Position numbers and translations under genes: made by a program. The notes under the pieces were generated by a model. It had not been told where the DNA came from. It did not search any database and was given only the letters and a program-made list of their open reading frames with translations. A DNA stretch of 64,000 nt, from the NCBI GenBank assembly GCA_945869845.1, contig CAMBRG010000005.1:522-64521 (forward strand), read 5' to 3'. Positions 53,898 to 62,790 of the stretch are shown here, in pieces; positions within the stretch are counted from its first letter, which is position 1, and every line of letters starts with the position of its first letter. This DNA comes from Opitutus sp. GAS368 (lineage in GTDB: Bacteria > Verrucomicrobiota > Verrucomicrobiia > Opitutales > Opitutaceae).

Positions 53898-55462
53898 TCA
53901 CCCGATTTCCGTCCTCACACCCGGCTCTCACCGCGGGCGACCGGCGCCGGCATGCTAGCTGGCTTCGGCTCGTGGCGACGAGCCTGGCTGGGGCCGGCCT
54001 CCTTGGAACCGCGCGGTCCGCTGAACCAACCGCGCGTCCGGTGGCATATGAAAGGATACCTTACACGCTGCCGGCCGAGCCCAAGTTTGAAGTCAGTGGA
54101 ATCGCCGTCCTTCCGGACGGACGGGCGGCGCTGACCCTGCGCAAAGGGGAGGTCTGGATTCTGGAGAATCCGCTGGAGGATCCGACGAAGGCCCGCTTTT
54201 CACGTTTTGCCTCGGGACTGCACGAACCGCTTGGCCTGACCCTGCACCAGGGAGCGTTGTACACGACTCAACGGAGCGAAGTGACCCGACTGGAGGATCG
54301 GGATGGCGACGGTGTGGCGGAGACGTACGAAACCGTGGCCAAGGGGTGGGGATTGTCGGGGAACTACCACGAGTATGCCTACGGCCCGGTCTTCGATCCG
54401 GCTGGCAATCTGTGGGTCACTCTCAATGTCACCATCGGCAACCCGGCCAAGCTTTCCGGTCATCGCGGGGGCCCTCCGCTCTGGCGCGGGTGGGCGATGC
54501 GTCAGGAGCCGGGAGGCGATCTCAAACCGGTGGCGGCCGGGTTCCGCTCGCCGTTTGGACTGGGCCTCAACGCCGAAGGGGATGTCTTTGCCACGGACCA
54601 GCAGGGAAACTGGTGGGGTGGCTGTCCGCTGATCCATGTGAAGCCTGGCCGCTTCTACGGTCACGCCGACTCGATTCCCGACACCCGCCGGCCGGAGTCG
54701 CCGGTCCAGGATCCGGGCACCCTCCCGCAGGGCTTGACGGTGGTGGAGGCCGCGGCGCGCGTGCCCGGCCTGACTCCGCCTGCTGTGTGGTTTCCTTATG
54801 TGAAAATGGGGCAGAGCACGACTGGGTTGGTCTGCAATCTCACGGGAGGAGGCTTTGGCCCCTTTGAACGCCAGGTCTTTGTCGGAGACTTCACCTTGTC
54901 GCAGGTCAATCGGGTTTTCCTCGAGAAAGTGGACGGTGAATATCAAGGCGCGTGTTTCCCTTTCATGGACCAGCTCCAGTCCGCCGTGTTGCAGATGGCC
55001 TTTCTGAAAGACGGGTCGATGATCGTGGGTGAGTCGAACCGCGGCTGGAATTCGCTCGGGAATCGTTCGTTCGGCCTAGAGCGGATACGCTGGACTGGAC
55101 GGATTCCGTTCGAGATTTTGACGATGGAGGCAAGGCCGGAGGGCTTCCGGCTCACGTTCACGGAACCGTTGGCGACGCCGTTGTTGGTCCGGCCGGATCA
55201 GTTCCGGTTGAGCAGCTATACGTATTTGTATCACGCGTCCTACGGCAGTCCTGAAACCGATACTAGGCCCGTCGAGGTTCGGTCGGTGAAGGTGTCTGAA
55301 GATGGCCGTCAGGTGGATCTGCAGTGCGCTGGTTTGCGACCCGGCTACGTGCATGAACTCACGTTGGCGCCCTTGAATTCGATCACGGGCCAGGCGTTGA
55401 GGTACGACCGCGCCTACTACACTCTCAATCGGATTCCTCGGCTCGATGCGGTCCGCCCCTAA
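53894..55462 (+). CDS. beta-propeller protein resembling soluble PQQ-type sugar dehydrogenase / PVC putative dehydrogenase domain
   Basis: ATGA overlap with the cytochrome gene. Contains IAVLPDGRAALTLRKGEVWILENP, HEPLGLTLHQGALYTTQRSEVTRLEDRDGDGVAE and GPVFDPAGNLWVTLN. Confidence 0.7.
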   Translation: MITRFPSSHPALTAGDRRRHASWLRLVATSLAGAGLLGTARSAEPTARPVAYERIPYTLPAEPKFEVSGIAVLPDGRAALTLRKGEVWILENPLEDPTKARFSRFASGLHEPLGLTLHQGALYTTQRSEVTRLEDRDGDGVAETYETVAKGWGLSGNYHEYAYGPVFDPAGNLWVTLNVTIGNPAKLSGHRGGPPLWRGWAMRQEPGGDLKPVAAGFRSPFGLGLNAEGDVFATDQQGNWWGGCPLIHVKPGRFYGHADSIPDTRRPESPVQDPGTLPQGLTVVEAAARVPGLTPPAVWFPYVKMGQSTTGLVCNLTGGGFGPFERQVFVGDFTLSQVNRVFLEKVDGEYQGACFPFMDQLQSAVLQMAFLKDGSMIVGESNRGWNSLGNRSFGLERIRWTGRIPFEILTMEARPEGFRLTFTEPLATPLLVRPDQFRLSSYTYLYHASYGSPETDTRPVEVRSVKVSEDGRQVDLQCAGLRPGYVHELTLAPLNSITGQALRYDRAYYTLNRIPRLDAVRP

Positions 55463-55546
55463 GGGCGTGAATGACGACACGTCCTTTCTGGCGACGGCCA
55501 GTAAGATCCCCAGCTTTTTTCTTAGTGCACCCCACCCCACGCGAAC

Positions 55547-58500
55547 ATGCTGACCCCACTTATTTGGCTCTGGAAACGCTACACGCGCATCGTTTCGATC
55601 CGACGTCCATGGATCGCACTCGCGCGGGTCTGGACTTCGTCCTCTGCCGCCAGAACTAAGGCAAGCCCTCGGCCGCCTTTCCTGTGCCTCTCCCTGACCG
55701 GCCTGTGCGTCGCGTTGGCGGCTGTGCTCCTTCTCAACGGCGCGTCCGCCCAGACGAAGGGACCCGGTGCGGCGGCGACCACGGACGCGGCCAAGGCACC
55801 GACCGTGATCCTCCGTCCCTTCGAGGTTACGGCCGATGCCTCAGACACCTATCAGGCGCTCAACACCACGTCGCTCACCGGCACCAACCGCTCGCTTGAT
55901 CGGCTGCCGATCACGGCGGAGATTTTCAACGCCACGATGATGCAGGACCTCGGCACATCAGATGTCGTCGATTTGCTCACCAACCGCATGACAGGCATCG
56001 GCGCGGGCGAGAACGGCGGCGGCTCCTCCGCCGCCAACGGCGCGCTCGCCGGCGATCGATTCAACATGCAGACGTTCAGCGTACGCGGCCTGCAGGCGTT
56101 TCCTCGGCGCAATGGCTTCATGTATCTCGGCAACCTCGCCGAAGGCTTCGCCTACGAGCGCCTCGAGGTCATCCGCGGACCACAGTCGCTTCTCTACGGC
56201 AACAACCCCGCAGGCGGCATTCTCAACGTCGCGACCAAAAAGGCCCAGTTCGGCGGGCGGTTCGCGAGCACCGAATTCAAGACCGACCAGTTCGGCTCGC
56301 TGCGCTACCAGTTCGATGCGAACTTCTCGGGCAAGCTGCTCGACCGCCGCGTCGCGCTGAGACTCGCCGCGCTGAAGTCGGATCAGAATTTCTGGCGCGA
56401 GGTGATCGGGCGGAAGACCACCGGCGGCTACGTCGAGGCCGCGGTGGAGCTGCTGCCCCACTCGAACACCGTGCTGCGCTTCGAGCTCGAGGATCGTTTC
56501 GATACCTCGATCCAAGCGAACCGCCGCATCTTGGTCGCCGGCATCCCTACGCTCGTGCCCAACAACACCCCTCTCGCCGTCCTCCTCGCGCGCCGCGATC
56601 CCGCACTCGCGCAGATCGCCGGTGGGATGATAAACTGGGAAAATGTTGATGTGCTCGGCGGCAATTCCTTCACGCGCCGGCGCTGGGAGCACTTCGAGAC
56701 GGCCACGCTGTCGTCACGCCTCGGACCGTGGCTGCAAGGCCAGATCGTCGGCACGCACCGCTCGGCGTTCAATGATAACATGACCTCGCAGGGCATCGCC
56801 GCGCTCAACGCACCGCTCACCGGCGGCAACCCGCTCAACGCGTGGGCCGTCGCATACCGGCCCGGCGGCTCCGAGGTGCGCGCGACCGAGTGGGGCCTGC
56901 GCGCGACGCTGGAGGCCGAGTTCCGACTCACTCGCTTCACGCAAAATAAGCTCGTGTTCGGCGCCGAGCGCGTGGATTACCCGCACTACCGGCAGAACAT
57001 GAGTTACAGTTTCTTTGAGGTGGATTCCGCGGGTGCATTCATCGTCAACCGCGCGCAGCTCAACACCGCCAACGGCGGCCGCACCGCAATGCCCAACCAA
57101 TGGGTCGATGTGCGCAGCAACCTCGGCGGCTTCGTCGATCCGGGCCGGCCTCGAAGCTACACGTTCGCCGGGCGCACCTACGTCTGGGACTACCAAAAAT
57201 ACCCCAACCCCGCCTTCGTCGCTCCGGGCAATCCCCTCGGCTTCAACGGCGGCTCTGCCGGCGCCAACCAAGACCATGGTAACAGCCGCGGCGCGTTTGC
57301 CGCCCTCTTCACCACATGGCTCGGCGGCAGTGTCGAGACGATCGCAGGGGTGCGACGCGACGAGCTAAAGCAGGTGCTCTACAACACCGGACTCGTCACC
57401 GCCGGCGAAGGCACGACGGGCAACCTCGGCGCGGTGTGGAAATTCTCGTCGCCGGTTTCGCTCTACGTCGGCTACTCGTCGAACTTCACGCCCGGTGGCC
57501 TTAATGCTCAGTCGCGCTACGATGGCGGACCGCTTGAGAACGGCCGCGGCGAGAGCATTGAGGGTGGGTTCAAGCTCAATACCTTCGAGGGCCGCCTGTC
57601 CGGCTCGATCACCCTCTACGAGACCGAGAGCCGCAACCAGTTCACCACCCTCGACGCCGCTACGCAGCAGACAATCGGCCCGACGGGTATCAACGGCAGC
57701 TACTGGGCGACAGTCCGCAGCCCGTCTTACCAGTACGACGCGCGCACACGCGGTCTCGAAGTCACGCTCACCGCGCGGCCTGTGCCCGCGTGGCGCCTGA
57801 TGGGCGGCTACGCGCTCAGCCAGGGCCGCGAGGGCGGGCGGGTCGAGCTTCCGTTCTATTACAACGACGAGTTCAACACCAGCACCGCGGGGCAGGTGCT
57901 GCTCGGCGACGGCACGCCGCTCCTTGTGCCCGTGAACCCGGCCACGCGGGTCGCCGCCGACGGCAAAACCTACGCCGACGGCGTCGCCACGCAGGTTATG
58001 ACCGTCGCGATGCTCCGCAACGGCGATGCCGCCGGCAACTACCGCGCGCAGCTTGGCCGCGACAACGGCGGCATCCTCAACGCCGCCGCGCTCGGCCTTA
58101 CCACTCCCGGAGTCGGCACCGGTCGGCTCGGCCTGCCGATCGCGCAGCACCAGCTCGGGTTCACTCCGCCGACGCCGGTGTTTCTCGCCCGCCGCGGCGG
58201 CGAGCGCACCACCGGCTATCCGCGCCATTCGTTTTCCCTTACGAGTATGTACGATTTCCGCGAGGGCCGGCTCCGCGGCGCGAGCCTCGGCATCAACGGT
58301 CGCGCAGACTTCGACGCTATCCGCTACTATTACAATGACGCCGCGGCCGGCAACCTACGCCGCGCCCTCAAGGGCAATGACATGGCGATACTCAACCTGA
58401 TCGCACGCTACCAATTCAAGCTCGGCCGCCGCTTCGCGTGGTCTACGCAGGTTAACGTGAACAACGTCTTCAACGTGCAGAAGCTCGAGGTCTACCCCAA

Positions 58501-58582
58501 CGCCGCGACCGGCGTGCCCGATAACGCCGGATTCCGCAACGACCCATTCACGTGGGTGTGGACAAACACGCTGAAGTTTTGA
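55547..58582 (+). CDS. TonB-dependent receptor (large, 1011 aa as drawn)
   Basis: Plug region (LDRLPITAEIFNATMMQD, LEVIRGPQSLLYG), a long barrel, and the terminal ...NTLKF. The start is uncertain: about 70 residues precede the apparent cleavage site ASAQT. Confidence 0.8.
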   Translation: MLTPLIWLWKRYTRIVSIRRPWIALARVWTSSSAARTKASPRPPFLCLSLTGLCVALAAVLLLNGASAQTKGPGAAATTDAAKAPTVILRPFEVTADASDTYQALNTTSLTGTNRSLDRLPITAEIFNATMMQDLGTSDVVDLLTNRMTGIGAGENGGGSSAANGALAGDRFNMQTFSVRGLQAFPRRNGFMYLGNLAEGFAYERLEVIRGPQSLLYGNNPAGGILNVATKKAQFGGRFASTEFKTDQFGSLRYQFDANFSGKLLDRRVALRLAALKSDQNFWREVIGRKTTGGYVEAAVELLPHSNTVLRFELEDRFDTSIQANRRILVAGIPTLVPNNTPLAVLLARRDPALAQIAGGMINWENVDVLGGNSFTRRRWEHFETATLSSRLGPWLQGQIVGTHRSAFNDNMTSQGIAALNAPLTGGNPLNAWAVAYRPGGSEVRATEWGLRATLEAEFRLTRFTQNKLVFGAERVDYPHYRQNMSYSFFEVDSAGAFIVNRAQLNTANGGRTAMPNQWVDVRSNLGGFVDPGRPRSYTFAGRTYVWDYQKYPNPAFVAPGNPLGFNGGSAGANQDHGNSRGAFAALFTTWLGGSVETIAGVRRDELKQVLYNTGLVTAGEGTTGNLGAVWKFSSPVSLYVGYSSNFTPGGLNAQSRYDGGPLENGRGESIEGGFKLNTFEGRLSGSITLYETESRNQFTTLDAATQQTIGPTGINGSYWATVRSPSYQYDARTRGLEVTLTARPVPAWRLMGGYALSQGREGGRVELPFYYNDEFNTSTAGQVLLGDGTPLLVPVNPATRVAADGKTYADGVATQVMTVAMLRNGDAAGNYRAQLGRDNGGILNAAALGLTTPGVGTGRLGLPIAQHQLGFTPPTPVFLARRGGERTTGYPRHSFSLTSMYDFREGRLRGASLGINGRADFDAIRYYYNDAAAGNLRRALKGNDMAILNLIARYQFKLGRRFAWSTQVNVNNVFNVQKLEVYPNAATGVPDNAGFRNDPFTWVWTNTLKF

Positions 58583-58769
58583 TGCCAACCCAGTCGACAG
58601 GGCTCTAAGAACGCGTTTTTGAATGTTTTCTCACCGGCATAACAATGACACGCCAGAGCTTTTGCCATAAGCTTGGCGCTTGGTGCCAACAACGTCATGT
58701 CATCCGAGGTGCCGAGGTCTGGCATCTGGCGGGGTCAAACCGGCGGGCCGGAACACCCCTCTCCGATTT

Positions 58770-60455
58770 ATGAGAAGAGCCATCTTCCGATTCGACCCCA
58801 CCGCCGCACGGCTCGCGATCAGGCTCATGGTTGGCTTGCTCATGTCACCGTTCGCCGCGTTCGGCGCGGTCGAGGGCGCAAGCCGGCCCAACATCCTCTT
58901 CATCCTCGCCGACGATCTCGGCTGGGGCGACTTGCGGTGCTATGGCAATCCTCACGTCGATACGCCCGCGCTCGACGCGCTGGCGCAGAGGGGCGTTCGC
59001 TTAACGGACCATTACACGCCGTCGCCGCTCTGCGCGCCGGCCCGCGCAAGCTATCTCACCGGCCGTTACAATCACCGCACCGGCGCCGTGGACGTGCCGA
59101 GCAACCGTGGACTCGACCGGCTCGATCCTGCAGAGAAGACGTTTGGCGATTACTTCCGCCACGCCGGCTACGCCACCGCGCTCATCGGCAAATGGCACAA
59201 CGGACTCTATCATCGGGACCATCTGCCGCACCGACGCGGGTTCGACTTGTTTTATGGGTTTCCAAACGGCGGACAGGATTACTGGAAATGGAATCTTCTG
59301 CGCAACGACGACGCGGCGCCGCATGACGGCCGCTATCTCTCCGATGCGTTGAACGACGAAGCCATCGCCTTCATCCGGCGGCGCACCGGGCGGCCCTTCG
59401 CCTTGTTCCTCGCGCATCACGCCCCGCACAGTCCGCTGCAGGCCCCGGCGGCGCTCGTCAAAAAGTACCGCGAACGCCTCGGCCCGGACGCGGCGGAGGC
59501 CGTGGTCGTTACCTATGCGATGATCGAGGCGATGGATACAGGCCTGGCGCGTGTGTTTCAGACGCTCAAGGACGAAGGCTTGTGGGAACAAACGATCATT
59601 GTCTTCACCAGCGACAATGGTCCGGTGTTGCGGCGCGATCCGGAACTCGGCTCGCAGCTGCGTTTCAATGGCGTTTTCTCCGGAGAAAAAGAGTCGACGT
59701 TGGAAGGCGGCATCCGCGTCCCTGGTATTGTCGCCTGGCCCGGACGCATCCCGAGTGGTCGCGTCGTGACCACGCCGGTGCACGGCTGCGACTGGCTGCC
59801 TACCCTTTACAGCCTCGCGGGAAAGTGTGCGCCGGCCGGGGCCAAACCGTTCGATGGCTCGAATCTCATGCCGCTGCTGGAGGGAAAACTCGTGCCCGCA
59901 CTCGCCGAGCGCCCGCTGCTGTTTCAACGCAACCGCTACGCTCCCGTGCGGCACGCCAACGCCGCCATCCGCGAGGGTCGGTGGAAACTGTACTGGCCGG
60001 GCGACAAGGCGGCGCTGGTCAAGGACAGCGGCCGCGACAATCCCTCGTATCGGCGCGGCCTGGTGCTCCCGCATTGGGAAATGCCGCTCGATGTCCAACT
60101 CGCCGCTCCGACGTCCGCGCCGCAGCCGGCTCCGCGCCTCTACGATCTCGGGGCCGATCCGGGTGAGCAGCGCGACCTAGCCGCGGCGCAGCCCGACATT
60201 GTCGCCGCCCTGGCCCGCAAACATGATGCGTGGTTCGGTGAAGTGCAGGCCGAATGGATGCAGTCGCGGGCGCGCATCGTGGCGGATGACCGTGCCGCCT
60301 GGCAGGGTTGGGCCGCCCCGAACCCCGCGGCGTTGTTCAGGGATTTCTGGCAATGGAACAGCGCGCCCAAGGGCACCGATTCCAATTCGGCCGATCCGCT
60401 GAAAGTTTTTCCCGGGTACTGGAGCACCAGGGCCGCGAACCAAGAAGTCCCATGA
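58770..60455 (+). CDS. Cys-type sulfatase
   Basis: Start at the ATG at 58770 (MRRAIFRF...). PNILFILADDLGWGD and the formylglycine motif CAPARASYLTGR. Confidence 0.9.
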   Translation: MRRAIFRFDPTAARLAIRLMVGLLMSPFAAFGAVEGASRPNILFILADDLGWGDLRCYGNPHVDTPALDALAQRGVRLTDHYTPSPLCAPARASYLTGRYNHRTGAVDVPSNRGLDRLDPAEKTFGDYFRHAGYATALIGKWHNGLYHRDHLPHRRGFDLFYGFPNGGQDYWKWNLLRNDDAAPHDGRYLSDALNDEAIAFIRRRTGRPFALFLAHHAPHSPLQAPAALVKKYRERLGPDAAEAVVVTYAMIEAMDTGLARVFQTLKDEGLWEQTIIVFTSDNGPVLRRDPELGSQLRFNGVFSGEKESTLEGGIRVPGIVAWPGRIPSGRVVTTPVHGCDWLPTLYSLAGKCAPAGAKPFDGSNLMPLLEGKLVPALAERPLLFQRNRYAPVRHANAAIREGRWKLYWPGDKAALVKDSGRDNPSYRRGLVLPHWEMPLDVQLAAPTSAPQPAPRLYDLGADPGEQRDLAAAQPDIVAALARKHDAWFGEVQAEWMQSRARIVADDRAAWQGWAAPNPAALFRDFWQWNSAPKGTDSNSADPLKVFPGYWSTRAANQEVP

Positions 60456-62266
60456 AAACACCGCGTCTGCTTCGTCTTGCCCTGAGTCCGATCGCTCGCC
60501 TGCCGCTGCTCGTTTGGGCAACCGGGTGTTTTCTTTATGGGTCGGAGCCAGCTGCAGCGAGCCAACCCAATCTCCTCGTCGTCATGACCGACGACCAAGG
60601 CGAATGGGATCTCGGCAGCACGGGCAACCCGCATATCGAGACGCCGAACATGGATGCGCTCGCTCAGAGCGGCGTGCGTTTTTCCCGCTACTACGCGGCG
60701 CCGGTGTGCTCGCCCACGCGCGCGGGCATGATGACGGGCCGCTACGCCTTTCGCACGGGAATCTACAACACGCGCTTCGGCGGCGATTCGCTGGCGCTTG
60801 GCGAAATCACGGTCGCGCAACTGCTCAAGGGAGCGGGCTACCGCACCGGGCTTTTCGGCAAATGGCACCTCGGACGCTACCACGGCTACCAGCCGCAGCA
60901 GCGCGGTTTCGACGAGTTTCTCGGTCACTACCAAGGTCACATCGAGCGCTACGAATACGCGGACCAGTTCGTGCACAACGGGCGGCCGGTCGAATCGCGC
61001 GGCTATGTCACCGAACTCGTCACGGATGCGGCGATCGACTTCATCGACGAATCGAAACGCCGCGCCCCCGCCGCGCCGTTCTTCTGCTACTTAGCCTATA
61101 GCGCGCCGCATTCGCCGTTTCAGATGGACACCTCGCACGCCCACCAGCCGAAGGGCGACGCGATGATCGAAAAATATCTCAAGAAAGGGCTCCCGCTGAT
61201 GCAGGCGCGGATCTACGCGATGGTCGAGCGGGTCGATCAGAACCTCGGCCGCCTGCTTGCGCATCTCGAAACAAGCGGGCTGGCCAAAAACACAGTAGTA
61301 TTTTTCATGAGCGACAACGGCGGAGTCAGCAAACACTGGACGGGCGATTTGCGCGGCTTCAAGGCGCAGGTCTACGAAGGCGGGGTGCGCTCGCCGCTGT
61401 TTGTCCGCTGGCCGGAAAAATTTCCCGCCGGAGGAGTAGTAAGTGGCCAGGCCTCGCACGTGGACCTGTTGCCCACGCTGTGCGAACTCGCTGGAGCGAA
61501 AGTTCCGGGCGATCGCGAGATCGACGGTCGCAGCCTCGTACCGCTGCTGCGCGCTGGCACAGGCGACCGGCATCACGAGTATGTCTATCACTCGTGGAAC
61601 CGAATGCTGCCCACGCCGGATGCCAATTGGGGCATCAGCGATCAACGTTTCAAGTTGGTCGGGCCCGGCGGTGGCGCGCGGACGAAGGAAGGCGAGACTA
61701 ACTGGGGCCTGTTCGATCTCGAAAATGATCCAGGCGAAAAGAAAAATCTCGCGACCGAGCAACCGGCCAAGGTGAAAGCGCTGCGGGGAGAATTCCTGCG
61801 CTGGTATGGCGACGTCACCCGCGGGATGAACTATGCGCCGGTGCCGATTCCCGTGGGCCACGCCGACGAGAATCCCGTCGAGCTCCAGCCGAGCTGGGCC
61901 AAAACGAGCGGCGAGAACACGAAGTATGTTTTCGAGGCCTACGATTGGGACACGATCGAGGGTTGGTTTAAACCGGGGGAGGCGGCCGAGTGGAAAATCG
62001 TCGTCGCGCAAGGCGGCCGCTACGAGCTCGCGCTCGACTATGGGTGCGCCGGCGCGAACGTCGGGGGCCGCCTGAAGATCGGCATCGGGTCCGCGAGTGT
62101 GGAGTTCACGCCGGCCCGCACCGGCACGTCCAATGTGTTCAAGCGTGCGGTCGCCGGCATCCTGACCCTACCCTCGGGTCCTGCCACGCTGCGGGCCGAG
62201 GTCGCAGCTGCGCCTGCCGGTGAAGTATTGCGCCTTAACCGCATCTGGGTCCGCCGCCTCGAATGA
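60452..62266 (+). CDS. Cys-type sulfatase with a C-terminal beta-sandwich (carbohydrate-binding-like) extension
   Basis: ATGA overlap with the previous sulfatase gene. PNLLVVMTDDQGEWD and the motif CSPTRAGMMTGR. The last ~120 aa (GWFKPGEAAEWKIVVAQGGRYELALDYG...) look like a CBM-type domain. Confidence 0.9.
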   Translation: MKTPRLLRLALSPIARLPLLVWATGCFLYGSEPAAASQPNLLVVMTDDQGEWDLGSTGNPHIETPNMDALAQSGVRFSRYYAAPVCSPTRAGMMTGRYAFRTGIYNTRFGGDSLALGEITVAQLLKGAGYRTGLFGKWHLGRYHGYQPQQRGFDEFLGHYQGHIERYEYADQFVHNGRPVESRGYVTELVTDAAIDFIDESKRRAPAAPFFCYLAYSAPHSPFQMDTSHAHQPKGDAMIEKYLKKGLPLMQARIYAMVERVDQNLGRLLAHLETSGLAKNTVVFFMSDNGGVSKHWTGDLRGFKAQVYEGGVRSPLFVRWPEKFPAGGVVSGQASHVDLLPTLCELAGAKVPGDREIDGRSLVPLLRAGTGDRHHEYVYHSWNRMLPTPDANWGISDQRFKLVGPGGGARTKEGETNWGLFDLENDPGEKKNLATEQPAKVKALRGEFLRWYGDVTRGMNYAPVPIPVGHADENPVELQPSWAKTSGENTKYVFEAYDWDTIEGWFKPGEAAEWKIVVAQGGRYELALDYGCAGANVGGRLKIGIGSASVEFTPARTGTSNVFKRAVAGILTLPSGPATLRAEVAAAPAGEVLRLNRIWVRRLE

Positions 62267-62465
62267 GTTCGCTCCCTAGCTCCGCACCTTGATACCGGCG
62301 GACTCAGACCTGATACCCGGGCCACAAAACGGGAGTGAATTGAACCCGAACGCCGAAGTTGCGCGCGAGGCATGAGGTGGCACCTCGGCCAAGACGTTAG
62401 GGGCTGGCGCCAGCCGGCACTGTTGCGGGTAGCACGCAATCCAACTTCGGCGAAGTGGGAGGCAT

Positions 62466-62790
62466 TCATTGCAAGATGGAGTCCAAAAGCGGCCAATGCT
62501 TCGCGAGGCCACCCCAGGCCTGCAATAATTTGAGGGCGACCTGCTTGCTGACGAGTCCGAGGATCGCCCCGGCGACGAAGACCTGGCTGCGCAAGGTGGC
62601 CGGTTGCCGATATGGGCACGCGGGGTCGAGTTGGCGTTGGTAGAGGCCGAGCAGGATGAAGGCGAAGAGCACGCTCAGAAACGCCGCCTCGTTGACGCCG
62701 AAAAACTCGCGCACACAAAAGTTCCCCTCCGAGAGGTCGCACTTGAGTTCCTCGATGCGCTGTTCGATTAACGTGCTTCCTGCATTTTGA
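62466..62790 (-). pseudogene. C-terminal fragment of a DDE transposase (IS1380/IS4-like)
   Basis: ...IEELKCDLSEGNFCVREFFGVNEAAFLSVLFAFILLGLYQRQL... matches the conserved C-terminal block of IS4/IS1380-type transposases. The upstream coding sequence is replaced at ~62790 by att-like repeat copy E. Confidence 0.55.

Noticed and set aside
59001-62011. Long minus-strand ORFs (59001-60098 and 61091-62011) inside the sulfatase genes
   Set aside because: They are antisense shadows. The + strand frames carry complete sulfatase motifs and a stop-start overlap.
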